In this document: positions 43,001 through 55,318 of the stretch, one piece after another
Position numbering within the stretch: position 1 is the first letter of the stretch
Layout of the letters: every line of letters begins with the position of its first letter
NCBI GenBank assembly: GCA_044892525.1
Contig: CM097885.1
Span: 29,514,001-29,578,000, forward strand
DNA from: Schmidtea polychroa
Lineage: Eukaryota
DNA: 64,000 nt
Reading direction: 5' to 3'
Notes under the pieces: model-generated
What the model was told of the DNA's origin: nothing
Databases searched by the model: none
Seen by the model: the letters and a program-made list of their open reading frames with translations, nothing else
Program-made: the position numbers and the translations under genes

Positions 43001-46000
43001 GCACAAGTGGATGAAATTATATTCGGTTGGATTTAGTGAAGGTTAAGATGGTAATATATACGATTTAAGGTGTTTTAAGGGGTAAAGATATTTGGTGAGG
43101 GATCGGTTAATGTTTTGAATATTTATATATTCTTATTGGTAAAATATCAAATTTTCAAGGGAAATAGTCAGCTATGAATAGTTCCTGTGAAATTATATCG
43201 TTTTAGAGGTTGTGATGAATGTTATTGCACAGTAATTTATGTTTCAGAACCAGTTTTTATTAATTATCCACGGTTTTATTAATGGGTAATGACTAATTTA
43301 CTTGGTTTTGACAATGCAATATTTGAAATATTTAGAGATAATTGATATCAAAGGTTATTGCTTTAAATTATTTTATTTAACATTTTAAAGACGGACATTC
43401 ATTATGAAGATAACGGTAACAAAAATATTGACTTAAAAGAGTTAGACATCGACAACTAAAGAAAATTTAACTTTCATGAAGGAAATTTATGATTTTAGTT
43501 ATATTTCCAGAAATTAAATAGGTTGAATATCAGTTAATCTATTGAAGGAATATTGTTATCGGGTGGATAAATGATATTTTGCTAAATTACCTTTGCTAAA
43601 TATTATTTTAAATGACTAAAAATAACAAAATTAAGCAATATTCATAAATTTATCGCACAAAATGTCCATGTTTTGGTTACTCAAACATCTTAAATTTCTC
43701 GCAAAGATATATTACGTCTAATGATCATCTAATTAAATTAGAAAATAATTGTTACTTTATATTTCTAAATAATAGGCCCCTTAATTGGATAAATGATAAC
43801 CATATTTCTATTATGACTCCTTTAATTATTTTTGCCTCAAACAAATTTACTCCAAATGATAAAGAATTTAAAATTATCAATGAATAATGACCATGTTTTT
43901 CTCATATTATTAACTATTGTAACGAACATTAGATGAATAAATTAATTTTTGCTTTAAATGACTACAAAGTTAACCAATAAATTAGTCGCTCGACATAAGT
44001 GTAAAGTTACATTTAAAATATTCACGAATTTCTGATCATCTCACTAAATTACCTAAGAATTTCTAAATGATTAATATAGCCTTGTGACATGTTGAATGTG
44101 ACCAGTACCCTTGCTAGCAATACCCATAGGGGGACAGAATATTTTGTCGGATAGACTAGAAGTATATGGTCTTTATTGATATATCAAAATACTGTTATTT
44201 ATAAATCAACTAAAAATACTCAAAAATACTATATTATTTTACTGAATGATACCTTAAATGTTTTTAATATACATATTTCTAAAATAAATCAACAGTTCAA
44301 ACCAACAACATGTATGCAAGACCACCCATTGTTAATTTATTCCCAGTGTCACGTCCCTCAAAAATACCGTGAGTGTTTTAACAAAACTGAGCTCAAAGAA
44401 ACTTTCCAGATAACAACTCACCTGAATGTTTTGAACAAAAATGAGCGAAATTGAGAACAAACGATTAGATGGCGATTAAATTCTGGCCACAACCCTAACA
44501 ACATGAAAATTAAGATTTTAATTATTGAATTCGTTGTTTTCTGCCTGGAAATACTAACAGAATATTTTTTTATTCAAAGAATCTTCATTATAAATTTTGA
44601 ATTTAAAAAATTAAATGAAGGATATATTAAATTTACAATACATAAAATTATAATATTATATAAAATTATACTATATAATAATGTTAATGTTTAAATATGC
44701 TTAAATAACTAAATTGTTTAAATATGTTTAAATAACTAAATTTAAATTATTTAAATATAATTCTGATATAACGTTATTTCTTTCGTTTTAGTATCCATAA
44801 AGTAAGTAAATAAAGAATTTACTAAAATATTTTAATTATTTTACTTAGTAATGAAGAAAATGAATTATATGATTATGAAGAAGATGAACAAAATGGTGAA
44901 ACACTAAATGACTTATGTTCTGGATTTAGAAATTTCTTATTAAAACATGAATTATAGAAGAAAATGAACCAGACAAAATGGTGAAACATTGCTATGTTCG
45001 GGATTTCTTAAATGAATTAGCTGATTGGGGGTGTCCTTCAACATGAATTATCAGACTTAAATTATGTAAACTTTCAACGAATGTCAAGAAAAATGGGAAA
45101 AAACCGATGTTTTATCAATTAGATATTGTAAAGTACTACCTGAAGAATATTATTATTAATGTAAGACATGAATTAATTCTTTAAAATATATATATTATAT
45201 TTAGGTATCGGTGTTTTATGGTGGGAAATGACATTGAAAAAGTATACCACAAATAACAGTTGCCTAATTTATCAAGCCTGTGACGATAAAATGCTAGATA
45301 ATGTAAGTTAATTGCTTTTAAATCAATATAAATTTTAGCAATGATAGTTGACGCCGCATCAGAAACTAAGAAATACGTCCAATTCGCAAGATGTATTCCA
45401 AATGGCCCGATGGAGATGATAATTTTGAGATAGATTACCAGCAGAAGAGCGAGAAAAATTTGTAAATTAAATATAATAGGGTTGGGTGGGTCCTCTTTAT
45501 CCCTTAATTAATATATATTTACAAGCTGATCGTCGTGGTGGGCGGTTGTAATCCAACTAGTGGGAGGCCTCTGTAAATATATATTTGTGTTAGTGAAAAC
45601 ATTAATTAATTTGGTTATAGTGCCAATGACGCATGTATTTTGAAATTATACGTTTCGAATGTACTGGTAGTTGACTACCCATGCTAGGCGTAATGTTCCG
45701 TACGGAAAACTATAATGCCCAGGTTCTTTTGACCCCACTTGGGGGAGGCACAGACGACCCTTGTGGACGCGAACAAATATCCACCGTGTCTTTCAGGCAC
45801 AGATATTTGGTCACTGCTCATTAGGCCTGGCAATAATAAATGCATAAACTTTGCCTTGTCCTCTCTTGTCTTGATTTTTATAGTTTAAATATAAAAGTGT
45901 GTGTGATAGGTTTTATTTACTAACCATAATTAATATACCCTTGCGATATGTTGAGTGTGAGTAGTACCTTTGTGAGCAATACCCATAGGGGGACAGAATA

Positions 46001-46199
46001 TTTTGTCGGATAGACTAGGAGTATATACACCCATGTTAAACAAGGTATGTGTATATAGGATGTGTGTGTAAAATTATCGCTCCTTATTGACAACTTCCTG
46101 TAAAGGCAAACACAGAATACTGCAAACATAATAATACTCTACCCCATAACTTAGTATGTAAAAATTATTTAAGGTTTTTTCACTAATAATAATAATAAT

Positions 46200-46259
<60 letters not shown>

Positions 46260-47029
46260 GTTTAATGGGTTGTATATGTGTGTAAAAAATATTTGAGGTT
46301 TTCACTAATATTGATAATAATAATGGTTTATGAGTGTTTTTATGTTTTTGACTAATATTTGCAATAATAATAATGGTTAATGGGTTGTGTGTGTGTGTGT
46401 AAAAAATATTTGAGGTTTTCACGAATATTGATAATAATAATGGTTTATGAGTGTTTTTATGTTTTTGACTAATATTTGCAATAATAATAATGGTTAATGG
46501 GTTGTGTGTGTGTGTGTAAAAAATATTTGAGGTTTTCACGAATATTGATAATAATAATGGTTTATGAGTGTTTTTATGTTTTTGACTAATATTTGCAATA
46601 ATAATAATGGTTAATGGGTTGTGTGTGTGTGTAAAAAAAAAATAAAATTTTAAGTTTTTGACTAGTATTTGCAATAATAATAATATTGATAATAATAATT
46701 GTTAATTGGTTGAGTGTGTGTTTTTATGTTTTTGACTAATATTTGCAATAATAATAATAATAATAATAATAAAGTTTAATGGGTTGTATATGTGTGTAGA
46801 AGATATTTTAGGTTTTCACTAATATTGATACAAATAATTGTTAATGGGTCGTGTGTGTGTGTGTGTAAACCATATTTTAGGTTTTCACTAATAATGATAA
46901 TAATAATGGTTAATGAGTTGTGCATGTGTGTAGAAAATATTTTAGGTTTTTAATATTGATAATAATAATAATGGTTGAGGGGTTGTGTGTGTGTGTGTAA
47001 AAAAATATTTTAGGTTTTCACTAATAATG

Positions 47030-47060
<31 letters not shown>
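46200..47060. repeat. Compound (AAT)n/(GT)n-containing tandem repeat, including ~120-bp units, expanded in the right arm
   Basis: Repeated aatggttaatgggttgtgtgtg...aaaatatttgaggttttcac; a shorter reverse-complement counterpart lies at ~37000-37365. Confidence 0.85.
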
Positions 47061-47061
<1 letters not shown>

Positions 47062-47582
47062 TCCCGCGCGTGTTAATACTTTAAAAGAAAATATTGAAAA
47101 TTTAAAAAATAATAATATTTATGCAAAGCATGTGCAATAATTATGTCTTTGTTAATTAAGTAAACTTTAGTATCAAAATACGTTTTTAAAATATATTTAA
47201 ATTTTAAAATACCGCAACGTAATATATTTTGTTCTACCCCTTCATTGATTTAAGTTGGTCGGAATTTAATAATAATTATATTATACCCTTTGAGACATGT
47301 TGAATGTGAGAAGTACCCTTGTAACCATTACCTATGTAAGCAGTACACATAGGGGGGCAGAATATCTTGTCGGATAAACTCTGACTATATATGATAATAA
47401 TAATAATAACTCCCGTGCGTGTTAAAATAAATAATAATACTTTGAACTTGTATTTGAAAATAATTTACGACATGTTGAATGTGAGTAGTACCCTTGTGAC
47501 AATTACCCATGTGAGTAGTGCCCTTGTGAGCAATACCCTTAGGGAGACAGAATATCTTGTCGGATAGATTAAGAGTATATAT

Positions 47583-47634
<52 letters not shown>

Positions 47635-47674
47635 CTTAGAAACTAAAAACTTAGAAAATAATAATTATTTTAAT

Positions 47675-48600
47675 AAATGACCTTGAAAAGTAAATGACCT
47701 TGAAAAGTAAATGACCTTGAAAATTAAATGACCTTGAAAAATTAAATGACCTTGAAAATTAAATGACCTTGAAAATTAAATGACCTTGAAAATAAAAAGA
47801 TTACTTAATTAAAACAAAAAAATTAAATTAAAAAAAATGACCTTGACCTTGATGAGTCATATGACCTTGGGAATGACCTTGATGAGTCATCGTTCTAAAA
47901 ATATTAGACATCGTTGGGTGAGTCATTGGGTGAGTCATTCTCTTTGTTAATATTAATGATGATGATACCTTCTATGACTCATTCGAAAGGTCTTGGACTG
48001 AGCTTTAAGATGAGGTATCGTCCAATAAATTCGGATAATGGGAACATTAATTTTTGGGATGAAAAAGAGTAGGGGCCCGCCAGACCACTTAATAATTATA
48101 TGACCTTGAAAATGATTTTTGGTAAAATGTTAATAACTTTGTCAATAATAATGATGATGATACCTTCATTAGCTCATTCGAAAGGTCTTGCATTGGGCTT
48201 TAAAATGAGGTATCGTCCAATCCGTTGGTGGGAACATTAATTTTTGGGATGAGAAAAAGTATGTCACCGCCCGGCCAATTAATAATATTTTGAATAATAA
48301 TAATAATTTAACGTTGAAAAGATGGTGGTCATCAATTGTTAATAACTTTGTCAATAATAATGATGATGATACCTTCTATGAATCAATCGAAAGGTCTTGC
48401 ATTGGGCTTTAAAATGAGCTATCGTTGAATAATTATCGTTGTCGGGAACTCTGTACATTTAAATTTTAAAATATGACCTTGAAAAAATAAATGACCTTGA
48501 AAAAATAAATGACCTTGAAAAATAAATGACCTTGAAAAAATAAATGACCTTGACCTTGACCTTGAAAATAATATTTTGAAAAATAAATGACCTTGAAAAA
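47675..48600. repeat. Clusters of ~15-bp aaatgaccttgaaa repeats interleaved with ~200-bp subterminal units
   Basis: Clusters at ~47675-47790, 47836-47885 and 48472-48600; units beginning atgatgatgataccttc at ~47957, 48151, 48360, 48638 and 48852. Confidence 0.9.
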
Positions 48601-50254
48601 TGGTCTCGGTAAAACTTTAATAACTTTGCCGATGTTAATGATGATGATACCTTCTATGGCTCAATTGAAAGGTCTTAGACTACGCTTCAAAATAAGCTAT
48701 CGATTAATAAATTCGGATAATGGGAACATTAATTTTTGGGATGAGAAAAAGTATGTCCCCGCCCGGCCAATTAATAATATTTTGAATAATAATAATAATT
48801 TAACGTTGAAAAGATGGTGGTCATCAATTGTTAATAACTTTGTCAATATTAATGATGATGATACCTTCTATGGATCAATCGAAAGGTCTTGGACTGAGCT
48901 TTAAGATGAGGTATCGGTCAATAAAATCTGTTAACGAGAACATTAATTTTTGGGATGAAAAAAAGTGTGAGCCCGCCAGGCCAATTAATTAAAACAAAAA
49001 ATTTAAAAAAAAATTTTTTTTTTCCCGGGGGGGGGGGGGGGAGGGGGTATATGTGGCGCGGGGAGCTCCTGGTCTGGGGAGCTCCAATCATACTACTAAA
49101 GTACGTAATTTAAGGTTGTTAAAAACAAGAAAGCATGAGTGATTTAATAATAAAATATTTAAAATTAATCAAATTTGAATATGCGAAAACAGTGACGTTT
49201 ATTCAACACTTAAAAAGTCTAATAATATATTAAATGTGATTTTCTAGTTTTATATAAATTACAGTGATAAGTATTGTTTTAACATATATCTAGCTTAACT
49301 TTATGAAAATGTAGAAAATTATTTTGTTTAAATGTAATGATTTCCTTCCTTGATATTAATCATTTCTTACCTTTGATTAATTATTTATTTAAGTGTTAAA
49401 TATGCAAAAATTATAATTCTTTTATAATAATACAGTTTTCTAAAGGATTTTGATTTTAAAATTCCGTCTTTTATTTCAAATTATGATGCTACTAGTAATG
49501 CTCAACAAACAGGGCCGCCCCGAACAAAAGATGGACTAGTGCAAATATTCTTAGTGGGTCATTGAAAGAAATTATATTCAAAATCGCATGATTCTGTAGA
49601 TTTTTATTTCAATAACGTGATTAAAGGACTCAGATATAAAGAATGGCGGTAAGTAAGTAAAGTAATCAAATGTTAGAGTGTTTTCAGATATAAAGAGAGC
49701 ATCAATACTACTAGAGTAATTTTCAAAACAATCAAATTTTCGCCATAAAATTTTGTCAACAAAGACAAATGAATAAATAAAAAATTCAACAAATAAATCC
49801 ACTCAATAATATGAACCTCTACAATTCATATATAAATTTTATCGCCAGGGGCCCCATTTATTTTTAACAAAAATATTCTAAAACTAAATTTAAATTAAGC
49901 TAGAAATTTGTGAGAATCGATTTTCGCAGAAAGTTCAGTCAATATTTATACGCCACCTGCTGCTATACGAATCAATGAGGCATCGATCCATTATCAGAGA
50001 TTTTTAGAAAAATACTTTTAGAGATTCCCTTCACCATAATAAAAATCTTTATTTTAAAAAAAATTTTCAAATTGAATAAATTGGGACATTTATCTATTTT
50101 TTGACACAAGAAAAATTTATGGGTTTTTAATAAATGATAAATGTTTAACAATCTGATATAATTTGTAAAAATGTATTAATACCGTTGAGGTCTTTCAGAT
50201 TCATTTTATCTCCATTATTTTTAATATTATAATGTTATTTATATTAATATTAGT

Positions 50255-50887
50255 ATAAACTTTATAAGTTTAGTTGGAGCAAGAGAAGCGATCGAAAATA
50301 TTTTATTACAAATAACACACTGCACTTTATGTGTCTGTATTTCCTATACCTGTAAATCCATACGGCAAATAACTGATGTTATATTTTCGATTTTTTATAC
50401 ACAAGCTGGACTCGTTTGTTGGTCTTTTTAATTGAGAATGATCACTTTTTGTAGAAGTGCTAGGCTTCGGTTCTTCAAAAATATATTCAGCAGTATTGTT
50501 GTCAGCAGTAGGTGCATTTATTGAAGTGTTTTTATTTCTTAAAGTCCCTTGTTTTAACCAACGTTCCTTCATCACAAACATTTGGGTTAACTATTCCCAC
50601 AATTTATCGATAATAAAAAAATACTCATACGATTATTTTCAAAAATTGAAAAAATAACTTACCTTTTAATCAAATATTATTAAAAATAATTTTGAATTCG
50701 TATTTTAAAACAATATAATTAAAAAAACTGTGGTTTCGTTTTGAAAAAGAATTTTAAATTGGATCGAATAATATCGAGAATTATTTATTAATTTTTATTT
50801 ATAAATCTTTTTTTATAAATTATTTATTTACAAAAGGTTCGCGGAACCTCTGCTATCAATCCACGGAACCCACTTTGTGAAACGCTG
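50255..50887 (-). mobile_element. 5' fragment of a hAT (Charlie/Buster/SPIN-like) transposon
   Basis: Terminal CAGCGTTTCACAAAGTGGG. ORF ERWLKQG...NRKYNISYLPYGFT, then frameshifted KVQCVICNKIFSIASLAPTKL, typical of the N-terminal zinc finger of these transposases. Confidence 0.7.
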
Positions 50888-50934
50888 GTATAAAGTGATG
50901 ATTTTTTTTAGCAACCTTGATTCACTGCTAAACA

Positions 50935-52330
50935 AATAAATGATAATTTAAGCCTTTTGCTGCGAAGTATATATTTAAAAAAATGAAAAAATTGTCAACT
51001 ATAAGATAGACCTTGTCAATTTCCTGGAATTTAGTTGCTTCAATTTTCAAATGTTTTTTCGTTTTTTCTTTTATTTTATTTTTTTTTGTTCACATTATTT
51101 CAAAGTAAATAGAATTAAATTAAAACTTTTTTTCAAGAATTTAAAATTAAATATCCTCTAAAATTCAAAATAAAACAATAAAAAATTTCTGAATTTTTAA
51201 AGCTTTTTTAACTAGATCTTGATATTTTTAATAAATAATATTATAAAATATTTATTCATAAAAGACACAGTTTAAATATTTTTAAACAGTTATATTTCGA
51301 TTTTTTTACTTAATGATTCTTAAAAGTTTACTTCCTTAAAATTTGATCAAGTTATTTATATTATTTTTAAAGAAAATATTCTCAAGGTCAATAACAACTG
51401 ATTAGGCTGGTGATTCTATTGATCTCTTCCATTGTGTTGATTTTTAGCTGTCTGTTTATGATGAGAATTACCTCTTTAAATCTGACATCTTTCTTTTGGA
51501 TGTTGTCATTAGATTTCAATTAAAATATTTTTATTTCCTTCCTTGGTTGACATGGTTTGGAGATATTTGTATACCGATGATTTTCCACCAGGATCTAGAT
51601 GTTCTTTAACTCCTTGGTGCAAGTTCTTCAGCGTACTTCCAATGTATATTTCATTGCATATATTACACGAAATGTAGTAGCCAATATGGTTTTGGAGGCA
51701 AAGATCGTCGGTGTCTGGCAGCTTTCCAAACGGGATTGAATTTATTTTTTCAATGTCCTTATTGTGTTATCCGTTTCTCTGTATAAATTTTTTGAAGTTT
51801 AATGGTAGTTTATTTAATAGCTGTCAATTTTATTATCTTCAGCACATCAATTGGATATTCATTGTTTCTCGATTTTTATGAAATTTATTCTCTATGAGTA
51901 TGGAAGTGCTGATCTTTGGTGTATAAATATTTTCTTGCAAGCTGGGTTTTTGTAGAATCCGTAAGTTGAAGTATCTACTTCTATTTTAATTTTTAAATCC
52001 AGTAGATTGAGGGATTCATCTTCTTCTGGATATTCGATTTCAAAATTAAAATCTCGACGAGCAGTATTAAATATATGAAATATTTCTTCCGCTTCTAACC
52101 CCTTTTGATCGTAATGAAGAAATCATCTACATATTTTGCGTAGAAACCGATTGATTTTATGGTCCTTAGTGTTTGTCGTTCGCGAATAAAGAAAAGCGGT
52201 TTGATGATATTATCGGTATTCATTTCCTTTATTAACAAGTTGCTTTCTCCTAATTTCTTGTTTAAACATTTAATAGTCTTTTGGGTCAATAGATGTGTTT
52301 AGTGATACGACATCAGGACTGAAATGGGTA
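50935..52330 (-). mobile_element. Degenerate Penelope-like retroelement (RT, GIY-YIG remnant, 3' pLTR with family B hammerhead)
   Basis: FSPDVVSLNTSI, YAKYVDDFFI, LNLLDLKI and EVILII...INT motifs; hammerhead-like TTGACAA-gg.cta-tctta-tagt at ~50985-51023 downstream. Confidence 0.7.
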
Positions 52331-52574
52331 TTTAAATTCTCTATGGGTTTTCTTTACAATTATTTTATAATTTTAATTATTAACTATTATGAATAATTGT
52401 GAATATATATTTTGAATTAATTTTTATTTTGAAATACATTAAGATATAGAAAAATAAAATACTTCGACACAAAATTCGACAAAATTTACTTTTCTGTAAA
52501 AAGTTTATTTTTGTTAATTTAGTGTACAGTTCCCCATTTTTTGTCCAAAATTAACATTTACTAAATAGATCTGA

Positions 52575-52710
<136 letters not shown>

Positions 52711-53019
52711 TTTATATAATTAAGTGAATAATTAAGAAATAGCTCATATAACGTAAACAAACCTTTATTATGATTAACATTAGTTCATAATCTTATTTTA
52801 AGTTATTTTGTCTCTGATATTCAAAAGAAACTATATATCAGAAATAGATATATAAGATTCGGCCGAATTAATAGTAAAATTTACGCCTCTAAGATTTCAT
52901 CAACATCATGGCTTGGAAAGTCATGTTTATTGTCTGCATCATTGATATTAATATTTTCTATTATTTCGACGTCGGTTATTAACGATCTTGACATTTCATT
53001 AGTTTCTTTTGCCCATTAT

Positions 53020-53250
53020 CGCATTGTTAAAACAGCGTAGATTTTTGGATTACTTAATAATCATCAACAGTATTTTATGCTGGCTAGTTACAGTCACTCA
53101 CACCATTACGACAATCCGTTCTTTGCTGCTTTTTCCCTTGATTAGTAACTAAAGAATTTGAATCCAAATTGTTGACAATTAATCCAGCTTTATCTGGGTT
53201 GTATATTTGTTCGGGTCGCAATCCTAATCGTTGAATATTAGTCTTAAAAC
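53020..53250 (-). mobile_element. pogo/Tigger DDE transposase remnant
   Basis: LRPEQIYNPDKAGL, KERIVVMV, HKILLMII and SKNLRCFN match QIYNADETGL / KERITV / HKL.LLVIG / SK.PRCFK, with stops and frameshifts. Confidence 0.75.
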
Positions 53251-54594
53251 ACTATAATTTAATATAGATTTCAATTTACAAATTTAACACCAACATTTTT
53301 AATAAATACAATGTCAATTGAAAAGAAATCAGTGGTGAAAATTGAAAAGAGTTATTTCAATTATCTGATCACATTTAAACTAATTTTTTTTAATCGGAGT
53401 TTTAACATGTAATAAAATAAAGAAAACCAAAATTTGTAAAGGTTAGTTTTATTAAATCAATTATTTTTTGAATCAAAAGAAGTTGCTTTTTATGATTCTT
53501 TACGCTAGTATCAATTATTATTCCAAGTATTCTTTGTAATTAGGTGCTGCTCCAAGATATCTTTGCGCTCTAAGCTTGTCACAATCATAACATTATGTTT
53601 AATAATCAACCAAAATCAGAAAATATGGTAATGATTTGTAATTAGGAATTTTAATCTAGAAGTATAACTTAAAAAATCTACGGATATCTAATATTTATTG
53701 TGTTTTCTTATAGATATTATTGTAATATATTATTGTTAAATTGAATTGTCCAAAAGATGTGACCAGTTTGTGGCATGAAATAAAAATCATTGGAAAAATT
53801 AAGTACACCTGGATACAATTATACATGCTCTACAATTCTAATGTAATTTATTTGCAATTTACTTATCTAAACAATGTCACGCAAATGCAACTCAGTACAC
53901 TCGTACACCCGTTAGCACACAATAAAAACTTCTATAATACAGACGGGTGTTTTTTTCATCAATTGATTTTTGGGTAAAATTCGCAATATGATCACAAAAG
54001 CAGTGTTTATATTTTTACATTAAATCTTTTATGTTTATCTTAACAAATTTGTAAATTATAGATATTTGGCCCTTCGGTTGATTTGGGTTGGCCACCACTG
54101 GTTTAAAGTATATAATATAAAGTATATAGGGGGTTCCTCCTTGCTGCAGTAAGGTTTTTTGCTTTTTTGGTTATGTAATTGCTGTAGGGAGCTACGCTTA
54201 TTTTTTCTGGGAATTTCAATACAAAAAAAATTTTGCAATAGAAAAAAAGATTCTATAGAAAAAAGAATTTTAAAATAGAATTTTAAATAAGTAAAATAAA
54301 GTTAAAATTTTTAAATTAAAGTAAATTAAAATAAGAATTTTAAATTTATTAACAAAAAGATTGAATAACCACCAACTTTTTTGAGAAATGAAATTTTTTT
54401 TAATTTCTAATTAAAATCACCCAATAAATTTCTTCTAATAAAGATCAATTTTCTTTAGTCGATGTCAATATTTCTCAACCTTTGTCTGCCTATAACACTT
54501 TAAATAAAAATAAAAATAATTTAAAGTTGATATCAAACCTAATTATCTCTAAATAATTCATTGTCAAAATCAAGTAACGATTACTTAATTTTAA

Positions 54595-55065
54595 AAATTA
54601 GTCCTTAATTTACCTAATTAATTAATTTGGCCGTTCATTTATTTTAATTTAAAATTTTAGACCCAAATTTACTTAATTGAGCCCATAATTTACTGCAATT
54701 CAATTTTTAGACCCATAATTTACTTTCCTTATTTGAGCCCATTGATTACTTTATTTTAAAATTTAGACCTTAATTTACTTTAATTCAATTTTTAGACTCT
54801 TAATTTACTTTAATTTAAAAATTTGAACCTTAATTTAAATTTCAGCCATTAATTTACTTTAATTTAAAAATCTGAACCCATAATTTACTTTATTTTAATT
54901 TTTAGACCGTTATTTACTTTACATATTTGAGCCTTTATTTTAAAATTTGAAAATTAATTTACTTTAATTTTAAAGTTTAGACCTATATTTATCTATTTGA
55001 GTCCATAATTTACTTTAATTCAATTTTTAAACCCATAATTTACCTATTTATCCTTAATTTACCAT
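54595..55065. repeat. Degenerate ~25-30-bp tandem repeats upstream of the kinase
   Basis: Recurring aatttacttt...aatttttagaccc(a)taattt units. Confidence 0.7.
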
Positions 55066-55318
55066 GCTTTTTAGTGTTGACCCTTTTTTGTATTGAAAAT
55101 CTCAGGACCAAGGAGACCCATTCAAATTATACTTGCTTATTCATGGTTTTTATAAATTAATTGAGCTCTTGCAAATATGATTTGTCTTTCGTTAGTGCCA
55201 AATTGTTTATAATTTATTATTTTATATTTTCATCCAATAACAAATCAAATAATTTTAAAATTAAAAAAATGTATAACTATTAATAAAATATATTACATGT
55301 AATTTAAACAAAATTAAA

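Larger units (their letters stand above)
34554..49097. mobile_element. Non-autonomous Polinton/Maverick-like element, almost fully palindromic (14,544 bp)
   Basis: Termini AGTAGTATGATTGGAGC... / ...GCTCCAATCATACTACT; exact 6-bp TSD AAAGTA (34548-34553, 49098-49103); arms 34554-41441 and 42114-49097; no pPolB, integrase, ATPase or capsid ORF visible. Confidence 0.85.

Noticed and set aside
39087..44694. Duplicated 92-aa and ~62-aa ORFs as genes
   Set aside because: The duplication is a by-product of the palindrome; no recognisable domain, and the 92-aa ORFs start at TTG.
48587..48904. 105-aa ORF in the right subterminal region
   Set aside because: Spans repeated non-coding units; not open in the other units.
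34554..49097. Giant palindrome as a pure assembly artefact
   Set aside because: The exact flanking TSD, Polinton-type termini, arm-specific arrays and arm divergence argue it is real, though read-level confirmation is still needed.
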